Below are positions 37,152 through 44,967 of a stretch of DNA of 54,268 nucleotides, one piece after another. Numbering within the stretch: the first letter of the stretch is position 1; each line of letters opens with the position of its first letter. The translations under genes were made by a program, and so were the position numbers. Under the pieces are notes generated by a model, which saw nothing but the letters and a program-made list of their open reading frames with translations, was not told the DNA's origin and did no database searches. This stretch comes from a virus. Lineage: Duplodnaviria > Caudoviricetes. The stretch is taken from positions 1-54,268 of IMG/VR virus record IMGVR_UViG_3300009170_000002; one strand, given 5' to 3'.

Positions 37152-39299
37152 ATGAGGACACGGAACACGCAGGAATGGTATAAAATGATAAGGAAAGAAA
37201 TTCCCACGGTTGTCACATCGCGGGAGTTCGTCACTTTTGCAGCTTCTGTCTCCGGTTTTATCCGCGAGATTGTTCCCTCCAAGCCGTTTCCAGTCATTGG
37301 GATTACAAATCATGACTCAGCATACTGCGACCGCGGGAACGGAAAAATTTTCTTCCCAACCTCTTATTTCTCACAGGATTTTGTTGAACTTCAAGACGAT
37401 GAGGAACCTTCTCTCGTTTCTCTCGCGATGATCAACGGATCAGCAATTCACGAATGTCTCCATTGGGTTTATTCTCCACTGGATATCGAGGATTTTTTCA
37501 ACTTTTCCGCAGGCGGCAAGGAATTCTTCACCAAGACAGTGGACGTCAGAATTTCCTCGGCAGTCGTCAACGTCATCGAAGATCTTTTTATCGAGTCGCA
37601 GGCAGCCCCATTTTTTGTCCCAATTCTTCATGACAAGAATTCATTCACGGTTTCACAAGATCATTTTGAAATGATGAAAACCTCGGTCACCAAAGTCGAC
37701 CTCATCACTGCAGCAAAAACCTTGGTTTTCTTCAAGAATACGGATCTTCGAGATGATGAATTTTGGTCCCTCTACCCCATCGAGGCAGTCGAAGCTCTGA
37801 TCGAAGCAACCGAATTGAAAAGAAATTATTTTGGAGATCGATCACGATTGGCGAAGAAATTCATTGAAGCTTTCTTGAATGCAGCGGAAGCCGAAAGTGA
37901 ACCGGAACCAGAGGTTGAAGACGAGAGCGAGCCAGAAACTTCCGATGAGAACGAGTCCGAAAGTGAACCACAAACCGACGAGTCCGAGAGTGAAGACGAG
38001 TCCAAGAGTGAAGACGAGTCCGAGAGTGAAGACGAGTCCGAGAGTGAAGACGAGTCCGAGAGCGAGGGTGAGTCCGAGAGCGAAGGCGAGTCCGAGAGCG
38101 AAGATGGTTCTGAAGGTGAAGAAGAGTCCGAAAGTGAAGCTGAAGTTGAAGGTGAAACCGAAAATGAAGGTGAGTCTGACGAAGAAACCCCCGGTGATAG
38201 TGAGTCCGATGGCGAAACTGATGATGAGTCCGAAATTGAAGGAGATGCACAAGGTGAAGTTGCGGACGAACCAACCGATGACGAGAGACTCGCAGAACTT
38301 GGTGAGTACGATCCCAAATTTGGTGCCCAGGGTGCAGAAGAAGTTGAACTTTCCCCAAAAGAGATCAAAGCGATGGCGGAATTCCAAGCCAAAGTCAATG
38401 AAGATCTTCAGAAAGATTTGGAAAAGATCGAGATTACCAAAGGTCGATGTCCAGTGAAAGTCAATAAGCCCCAAACTTTCGAAGCAAAAGATTATCCTTA
38501 CACAAGAACTACTGCAAGGGTTCATGCATCAACCAATTGGGGTTTTGTAAAGGAATTACGAGCACGATTTGCACAACGAGTTCCCGGACAAGCATCAACT
38601 CGCGGACCACAACTCGTAGGAACGAGACTTTCACGAATTGCAACCGATGGAAAAGTGTTCGCATATTCAGCGAACCTCGAAAAAGTTGCCGATCCAGAGA
38701 TCATCATTTTAGTCGACATCTCGGGTTCAACTACAACCCCAATTCACGAGACTGAGGGATTTGAAGGAGCTACCGATTACCTTTCACTTTTCCAGGCACT
38801 CCTTGCAACAAGCGAAAAAATCCACGAAGCACTTCGCGAAGCGAGAATTCCAAATGTGGTAATCACCCACACGAGTGACGAAAGCGGAACGATCCCTACC
38901 TTAGGAATTGTTTCATCTTACGGAATGAAAACCGGAACGACGACAAATTCAGAAAAAGAATTTGATCGAGCATTCAATTTTTACACATCGGAAAATTATG
39001 ACGGTGTGGTTCTTCGAGAAGTTACAAAGAGTTTCTCTGAAAAACCGGGCAATAAGGTAATCATCGTTTTATCAGATGGCGAACCAGCGGGACGCGATGG
39101 ATACAACGGACAGGTTGCAAGAGAGCACACAATCAAGGAGGTTCAATCATTACGAAAAGAAGGATATAAGGTTTTCTCAATTTCAGTTTCAAGTTCAGTT
39201 GTCCGATCGAACGATCTTTTCTACGGAAAAGAATTCAATGTGGACGCCTCCTCAAATTTGAGGACTTCATTCGAGAACGTAATCAAGAAACTTTTTTAG
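37152..39299 (+). CDS. CobT-like VWA protein: HExxH domain, acidic linker, MIDAS VWA domain
   Basis: HECLH, NVIED.FIE, E/S/D-rich linker, LVDISGS, ENYDG, VLSDGEP. Confidence 0.88.
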   Translation: MRTRNTQEWYKMIRKEIPTVVTSREFVTFAASVSGFIREIVPSKPFPVIGITNHDSAYCDRGNGKIFFPTSYFSQDFVELQDDEEPSLVSLAMINGSAIHECLHWVYSPLDIEDFFNFSAGGKEFFTKTVDVRISSAVVNVIEDLFIESQAAPFFVPILHDKNSFTVSQDHFEMMKTSVTKVDLITAAKTLVFFKNTDLRDDEFWSLYPIEAVEALIEATELKRNYFGDRSRLAKKFIEAFLNAAEAESEPEPEVEDESEPETSDENESESEPQTDESESEDESKSEDESESEDESESEDESESEGESESEGESESEDGSEGEEESESEAEVEGETENEGESDEETPGDSESDGETDDESEIEGDAQGEVADEPTDDERLAELGEYDPKFGAQGAEEVELSPKEIKAMAEFQAKVNEDLQKDLEKIEITKGRCPVKVNKPQTFEAKDYPYTRTTARVHASTNWGFVKELRARFAQRVPGQASTRGPQLVGTRLSRIATDGKVFAYSANLEKVADPEIIILVDISGSTTTPIHETEGFEGATDYLSLFQALLATSEKIHEALREARIPNVVITHTSDESGTIPTLGIVSSYGMKTGTTTNSEKEFDRAFNFYTSENYDGVVLREVTKSFSEKPGNKVIIVLSDGEPAGRDGYNGQVAREHTIKEVQSLRKEGYKVFSISVSSSVVRSNDLFYGKEFNVDASSNLRTSFENVIKKLF
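37977..38102 (+). repeat. Seven 18-bp tandem repeats encoding (D/G)ESESE
   Basis: gacgagtccgagagtgaa and variants, x7. Confidence 0.9.
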
Positions 39300-39309
39300 G
39301 AGATAGAAA

Positions 39310-40005
39310 ATGGCTGCAAAAAGTGTAATTCGTAAGGGTACCAAGGTTTTAGAGGGTGGAGGTTCAAGTCAATTCATCGGGATCGAACCCGACGCCGCAA
39401 TCGTCGTTGCGCCCCTTGTGGGAATGGACGAAATGATCAGCATTGATCTTCACTCATTTTGGGAGATCAATCCGGCAGTCCACCTTGTTTGCCTCGGAGA
39501 CAATTGCCCGTGCTGCACTTTGGGTAATGAGTCCGGTTTCAAGGCCTACTTACCGGTCCTGACACGCGAGGGTGAGTCCAAAATCTTTGCATTTGGAATT
39601 GGGGTTGCTCGCCAGTTTTCGGAATTGGAAGAGGAAGTTGGCTCTTTGGCTGGTAAGTTGGTCAAAATTCGGCGCGCTGGATCGGGTTTACGAACTCGAT
39701 ACACGGTTACCGGTTTAGGGAAGTCGATTGACATCTCCACCGCAACCCCCGCTGATATCGAGTCTCAATTGGGACCATTCGATCTTCCCGCAATTATCCG
39801 GAAATTGGAAGAGAATGGATTGGCAGAAGCTGAACAATTCGAAGATTTGCTTCCTTCTAAGAAGGAAAAGCCAGAACCAAAGGCAAAGAAAACTGCCGAA
39901 CCTGCCCCGAAGGGTAAGAAACCCGTCAAGCCCGCTCCCGAAGAAACGGAGAAAAAGGCTGATGATTGGGAAGATGGCGAAGAGTCTGAAGATTGGGATG
40001 CCTAA
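39310..40005 (+). CDS. Single-stranded DNA-binding protein (phage type, Zn-binding, acidic tail)
   Basis: H...C....CPCC, KIRR.GSGL.TRY OB-fold motif, acidic C-terminus DDWEDGEESEDWDA. Confidence 0.75.
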   Translation: MAAKSVIRKGTKVLEGGGSSQFIGIEPDAAIVVAPLVGMDEMISIDLHSFWEINPAVHLVCLGDNCPCCTLGNESGFKAYLPVLTREGESKIFAFGIGVARQFSELEEEVGSLAGKLVKIRRAGSGLRTRYTVTGLGKSIDISTATPADIESQLGPFDLPAIIRKLEENGLAEAEQFEDLLPSKKEKPEPKAKKTAEPAPKGKKPVKPAPEETEKKADDWEDGEESEDWDA

Positions 40006-40007
40006 CA

Positions 40008-40679
40008 ATGAACGAGATGCTTGAGAGTCAAGAGATTTTGATGCGACTCCTGGGCGTTACGGAAAGAGATGGATCCCCCTCAAAAGGGGTCCATCAATCT
40101 CTTATTTTATCCGCAACGATAGGAATGGCAGTGGAAGCAGCTGAAACGCTCGATGAACTTAACCGTGCAAATCGCCCATGGAAACCTACTTCATTGAATA
40201 TGGCTGCTTTCCTCGAAGAAATGACTGATGTAGTGTTTTACATCTTAGAGGATTGCGTCCTTCTGGGCCTCACTGAGAGGCACCTGGCTATGTTGTATGA
40301 ACACAAGTACCTTAAGAATTTATGTCGTATTGTTGAGCGTCTCGAAAGGTCGCAAATCATTTCCATATTTTACAGCATTTTGGAAATAAGAATAAGGGTT
40401 CCTGACTTTAAGATAACTGACTTAACGGAACCATACGGGGCCGATACGATGATCTTGTCATCTGATGATAAACCACTCGGATGGGAAAGTACATTTTGTA
40501 CTGCTGCTGACGAATTGATTAAGAGGCCGTTTTTGGGTTTGATGACATTCGATAACATTGCCGAATTCTCTAAAGATCCCAAGGCCTATTTGGAGGACTG
40601 CTATGGACGTTATGAACCTTATCAAGAAATGCTCCGAATGTCGGAATTGCGATGGGGCGGCTTTCCAAACGAGGCCTAA
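40008..40679 (+). CDS. Dimeric dUTPase/dCTPase-like (all-alpha NTP pyrophosphatase) protein
   Basis: E.AE.LDEL....PWK and EEMTDVVFY...Y..K...N..R motifs. Confidence 0.75.
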   Translation: MNEMLESQEILMRLLGVTERDGSPSKGVHQSLILSATIGMAVEAAETLDELNRANRPWKPTSLNMAAFLEEMTDVVFYILEDCVLLGLTERHLAMLYEHKYLKNLCRIVERLERSQIISIFYSILEIRIRVPDFKITDLTEPYGADTMILSSDDKPLGWESTFCTAADELIKRPFLGLMTFDNIAEFSKDPKAYLEDCYGRYEPYQEMLRMSELRWGGFPNEA

Positions 40680-41226
40680 CCTCGGATGCGGAAACCCTAA
40701 TGCGCCAATTTTGGTTCTCGGATCCTCACCTCAATTGATAAAATCGACTGATCGATTTGGGCTCCAGTCTCTGGAAATTTTGGAGATGGCTTTGGAGAAT
40801 TCGGTAACCGATACCCAAATTTCGTCAATTGCCCAATTTTGGTATGATCTTGAATTCATGACGTCGTTCACCTATACGAGGATCGGGCATATTCTCGGTC
40901 CTCGTTGGTTGGAAACCGGTGATTATTACTACACGACTGCCGTACGATGCCGAACATTCCAAAATCAGGCACCATCAAATGAGATGGTTGAGAAATGTAG
41001 AGAGTTCACAGATGAGCTTCTAGTGGGCCGAGATGCGACAATCTTAATTGGTCGTCTTCCCGTAATTCAACTACTTCAAGAGAAAAGCGACGATCTACAA
41101 CCAGGCGATTTGCGAAACCACAAACATTTTGGTAAACTTTTGGCATTGAAACACCATGCCCATTGGCGACAAGTTGATGTGGACATATACACCTCATTGG
41201 TAAAAAATTTACGGAGAGAGATATAA
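40603..41226 (+). CDS. Divergent family-4 (Fe-S) uracil-DNA glycosylase-like protein (start refined to ATG 40603)
   Basis: CSEC, G.GNPNA.ILVLG.SP, AVRCR....P...E.C, LIGR, H motif; RBS ggagg. Confidence 0.75.
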   Translation: MDVMNLIKKCSECRNCDGAAFQTRPNLGCGNPNAPILVLGSSPQLIKSTDRFGLQSLEILEMALENSVTDTQISSIAQFWYDLEFMTSFTYTRIGHILGPRWLETGDYYYTTAVRCRTFQNQAPSNEMVEKCREFTDELLVGRDATILIGRLPVIQLLQEKSDDLQPGDLRNHKHFGKLLALKHHAHWRQVDVDIYTSLVKNLRREI

Positions 41227-42515
41227 TGTTGAGAGCTGATACCATCATCTTAGGTGGCGGTCTTTCTGGTTTGACCTTGCTAAAGGAACTTTCTGGTGAT
41301 GCAATTCTTATCACCAAAAATGTCGGAGGTCTTATCCAAAATTACGTGACACCAAATGGATTTTCGTTTGACCTTGGTGGTCACGTATATAATTCATCAA
41401 ATCCAGATATCGAAGAGGTCATGAACGTTATCCCCAACACACTTCATTCCCATAGGAAGTCATGGTGGATAAGGAGTGGGACCTTCAACGAATCGGAAAA
41501 GTATACATTCCCGGTGCAATCATCAATGCGTTCACTGGTAACCGATACCCCACAAGACACGAGTTGGTCACCCAACCTTGAGGATTACAGCATCAAAATT
41601 TTTGGTGAAGCATTCACCGAAGAATTCTTCCGTCCATTCAATGAGAGGGTGTGGACAACCGCACTTTCAGATTTGGATGTCGATTGGGTCAAGGGACGTG
41701 TTCAGCACCCACGTGAGTTTAGTGACAAGAATTGGGGACTGAATTCGTCCTTCTATTATGCCCCTGGATCAGAGATCGTAAAATATTTCCTTAAGGATTT
41801 TAGTAACAATATCATCAACGGTACCGTCCTCTCAGTCAATCTAGGGGATAAAACCGTAAGGTACCAGGACGATTTGAGTGGCGTGATCTATTATGTGAAA
41901 TATAACCGGTTGATTGACACGACGGGTCGTTTCCTTGAAGGGGAAAGCATCTTAAGGAGAAACTACATTGCCTATTTTGGAGTTGGTGTTGAGGGTTCTC
42001 CGGCGTATGACTTTCACTGGTGTTACGGCCCGTTTGATCAAAGCGTTCACCGCGTAACACTTCTCAGTTCATACCATCCTGGGCTTGCTCCATCTGGAAC
42101 GCATTCGTATCTTATGGAAATTCCATTTTCGAGCGAATACCGAAGTCCGTGGATCATATCAGTTTTACTTCGAGCAATGAAGACAAAACCAAACTCGTCA
42201 ATCCTCAAATTTGCCGCTTCGGCCGCTTTACGTACAGCGGGCTTTCCAATCGAGAAGGAAAAGGTGATTGATGTCTGGGCAAAAGTTTCATTGGGATACC
42301 CGGTGCCGATGGTGGGATCACGGAAGGTTGTCGCTCAAATCAAAGAAAAACTTTTCAACCAAAATGTATTTCTGGCTGGAAGATGGGGAGCGCACGGATA
42401 TTGGAATTGGGAGCACATCGTCACCGATGCTCGTGTTGTTCGCCGACTTTTGAACGATTACAGTCAAGACAACCTCAACCACTATCTCACTTCTGATTTT
42501 TATTATAAGGTGTGA
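41226..42515 (+). CDS. FAD-dependent UDP-galactopyranose mutase-like enzyme (fungal/protozoan-type motifs)
   Basis: IILGGGLSG, GFSFDLGGHV, FFRPFNERVW...W..GRV, WG.NSSF, GYPVP, GRWG...Y.N. Confidence 0.75.
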   Translation: MLRADTIILGGGLSGLTLLKELSGDAILITKNVGGLIQNYVTPNGFSFDLGGHVYNSSNPDIEEVMNVIPNTLHSHRKSWWIRSGTFNESEKYTFPVQSSMRSLVTDTPQDTSWSPNLEDYSIKIFGEAFTEEFFRPFNERVWTTALSDLDVDWVKGRVQHPREFSDKNWGLNSSFYYAPGSEIVKYFLKDFSNNIINGTVLSVNLGDKTVRYQDDLSGVIYYVKYNRLIDTTGRFLEGESILRRNYIAYFGVGVEGSPAYDFHWCYGPFDQSVHRVTLLSSYHPGLAPSGTHSYLMEIPFSSEYRSPWIISVLLRAMKTKPNSSILKFAASAALRTAGFPIEKEKVIDVWAKVSLGYPVPMVGSRKVVAQIKEKLFNQNVFLAGRWGAHGYWNWEHIVTDARVVRRLLNDYSQDNLNHYLTSDFYYKV

Positions 42516-42516
42516 C

Positions 42517-43017
42517 ATGGGAAAATTGATGATAATTGAAGGTCCACGGTGTTCTGGAAAGACGACATTGGCTCAAACCTCTATCAGATTTGGGTACAAA
42601 AACATGAAAGTGTCTCGTGGTTCAAATCCATTTGAGGACATGACGAATTGGATTAGGGCAATCAGCAGCGGTAATGAGAACATAATCTTCGACAGGTTTC
42701 ACCTAACTGAATTCGTTATGGGGTTACAAGACGGAAGATCAGGTGCGAATTACTTATATAACTTTACATTGAGCGTCGACATGATGATTAAGCATAAAAA
42801 GTGGGATACGATCATTTTGCTGCCATCCGTCGAGGTTCTTGAAAAAAGGCTTGCATCAAGGAACGACGGTCGAGGGTATGACATGCCCCCCGTTTTGGCT
42901 CACCAATTGTGGGAACTGACCGCAACACTTTTCGATATCCCCGTTTTCAAAAATGAGAACGATGACGACTTTGCATTTGTCGCTTCTTTTGTTGAAAGGA
43001 AAATTAGGAATGGCTAA
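42517..43017 (+). CDS. dNMP (thymidylate-like) kinase
   Basis: IEGPRCSGKTT P-loop, IFDRF, L.KRL..R lid. Confidence 0.85.
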   Translation: MGKLMIIEGPRCSGKTTLAQTSIRFGYKNMKVSRGSNPFEDMTNWIRAISSGNENIIFDRFHLTEFVMGLQDGRSGANYLYNFTLSVDMMIKHKKWDTIILLPSVEVLEKRLASRNDGRGYDMPPVLAHQLWELTATLFDIPVFKNENDDDFAFVASFVERKIRNG

Positions 43018-44020
43018 AAAGATTGGATTTTTTACCTGGCAACCGGGCCTTCATTCAGATCAGGCCAAGGATAGTGCAGGCGGAGCAGCGTGGACTCGTT
43101 TCCTTTTCGATAATTTCATTCGATCTGGATACGAGATCATTTGGCTCACGGACAGCAATCCACCTTCAGAAACTCGTATATCACAAGTTGAGGAATGTGA
43201 TATAATCTTCTTATGTTGGAGATGGCAAATGCCCGAGTACCCTGAACGAAATGAATTATATCTTCGCCAAATGGAAATTCTTTCCAAGGCAAACGATGCA
43301 AATATTCGTGTCGTCATCCATGATGAAGATCATAAAATTTCCGATCTCGATCTGGAATTTATGAGAAATAGAGTTTTGCGAGATCGTATCATTCTTACAA
43401 CCCCGGAAATTTATCCACGCGATGGGTTCAAGACGTTATTCTTCCCAAACCCCCATACCAAAATGTTGGGATACAATCGTGGATATCCATTTATGACCGA
43501 ATGGGCAATGACCTATGTTGGGAACGTTTATGAAAGATACGAGCAAGCAGTGAAATTCTTTGCCCCCTTCAGTGTGAGACACAAAACACGCGTTTTTGGC
43601 AATTGGTTGGAACCCGGTCCTGGCCGTCCTGGTGAGAAGAAAGTTAGAAATGATATGCCTCACGTCCGTTTCCCAGGTCGACTTTCACAAGGCATGATCA
43701 GTTCGGTAATGATGGAGTCATCGACCACTGTTCATCTCTTCAAAGAAAGTTATGCAAAAACCGGATTTATGACGATGCGATGGGCAGAGGCTGCGGCAAG
43801 TGGCGTTCCAGCATTCGTCCCAGATGACTTCAACCTCGATAAAAAATTATATTCTGTTCTCCGCGAATCGCTTTTTATCGTGAGTGATGGAGAAGAAATG
43901 GCAAAAAATTATGATAAGATGACGGACAAGCAATGGGTGACCGCACTTTCGGCCCAACAGTTATGGGTTACCGAAAACATGAAAGTTGACAATTGGATGA
44001 ATTTCATTAAGGAGCTTTAG
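43010..44020 (+). CDS. T4 beta-glucosyltransferase-like DNA glycosyltransferase (start refined to ATG 43010)
   Basis: YVGN, VFGN, F.GRL, Y...GFMTMRW.E..AS, DDF resemble the C-terminal domain of T4 BGT. Confidence 0.7.
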   Translation: MAKKIGFFTWQPGLHSDQAKDSAGGAAWTRFLFDNFIRSGYEIIWLTDSNPPSETRISQVEECDIIFLCWRWQMPEYPERNELYLRQMEILSKANDANIRVVIHDEDHKISDLDLEFMRNRVLRDRIILTTPEIYPRDGFKTLFFPNPHTKMLGYNRGYPFMTEWAMTYVGNVYERYEQAVKFFAPFSVRHKTRVFGNWLEPGPGRPGEKKVRNDMPHVRFPGRLSQGMISSVMMESSTTVHLFKESYAKTGFMTMRWAEAAASGVPAFVPDDFNLDKKLYSVLRESLFIVSDGEEMAKNYDKMTDKQWVTALSAQQLWVTENMKVDNWMNFIKEL

Positions 44021-44021
44021 C

Positions 44022-44966
44022 ATGTACAAATATTTTACGCCAAGAAATTATGGCCGACTTTTGGAATGGATCGTGGCCACTGGTGAGGTGGTAAGTCCCA
44101 ATGGAGAAAAGACGGTAGAGGTTTTGAATGCCCCTCTTCTTCTCCGTGATCCTCGCGATCGGATCATAATCAATCAAAATCGGAAAGTCAACCTGGCTTT
44201 TGGGGTTGCTGAATGGTTGGGAATTTTGATGGGAGAGGCGCGCGTGTCGTTTTTCCAAACTTATATCAGTAATTATGATAAGTATTCATCTGACGGCATC
44301 TATGTCGATGGCGCTTACGGGCCACGAATTGTTGGCGAGATTGACCAAATTGAAAAGGTAATTGAATTGTTAGGGAAGGATAAAAATTCTCGACGTGCGG
44401 TAATTTCCTTTTATGATGGGAAGATTGACCTCAATGGCGGTGGCGGAGTGAACACCCCTTGCACGTTATCAATGCAATTCATTGTTAGAGAAAATAAGCT
44501 TCATTCGATTGTCACGATGAGATCGAATGACATCGTTTGGGGGTTGACATACGATCTTTTCGTTTTCACGATGATCCAAGAATACGTGGCGAGACGGTTG
44601 GGTTTGATTTTGGGAAGATATTATCATAATGCCGGATCACTCCACCTGTACGAGCGTCACTTTTCGATGGCTGATGACATCATTGCCCAACCAGAAAATA
44701 GGTGGACAATTGTGATGCAGGAAATGCCCGCAATCGGTAACGTTGAGTTGATCCGTCTTTGGAACCTTTACACTGACCCGTTCAACGTCGACAATGAGGA
44801 CCTCATTTCAAGAATGTATTCTCAGTTCGCCAAAAATCTTGGTTATCTGGCCCTTGCCTTTATCAATCGAAAGAGCCCTGATCTTTTCGAAAAGTATTAC
44901 AAACTTTGCACCGATTACACGATTAGGAAAACCCTTCGCCCTTGGGCAACCGACCAGGAGAATTGA
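44022..44966 (+). CDS. Thymidylate synthase homologue with dCMP-type specificity (dCMP hydroxymethylase/hydroxylase-like)
   Basis: GAYG.R, SRRAV, TPC, MRSND..WG..YD (Asp where dUMP enzymes have Asn), SLHLYE.H. Confidence 0.85.
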   Translation: MYKYFTPRNYGRLLEWIVATGEVVSPNGEKTVEVLNAPLLLRDPRDRIIINQNRKVNLAFGVAEWLGILMGEARVSFFQTYISNYDKYSSDGIYVDGAYGPRIVGEIDQIEKVIELLGKDKNSRRAVISFYDGKIDLNGGGGVNTPCTLSMQFIVRENKLHSIVTMRSNDIVWGLTYDLFVFTMIQEYVARRLGLILGRYYHNAGSLHLYERHFSMADDIIAQPENRWTIVMQEMPAIGNVELIRLWNLYTDPFNVDNEDLISRMYSQFAKNLGYLALAFINRKSPDLFEKYYKLCTDYTIRKTLRPWATDQEN

Positions 44967-44967
44967 A

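Noticed and set aside
37826-38525. Several long overlapping ORFs in other frames and on the minus strand
   Set aside because: They are shadows of the stop-poor 18-bp repeat and acidic linker within the VWA gene.
41226-42515. Protoporphyrinogen oxidase / amine oxidase
   Set aside because: It shares the FAD fold, but the GGH, N..VW...W...RV, WG.N..F and GR.G...Y motifs and the adjacent glycosyltransferase fit a UDP-sugar mutase better.
44022-44966. Ordinary thyA thymidylate synthase
   Set aside because: It has Asp rather than Asn at the pyrimidine-specificity position and sits with a kinase, a glycosyltransferase and a dNTPase.
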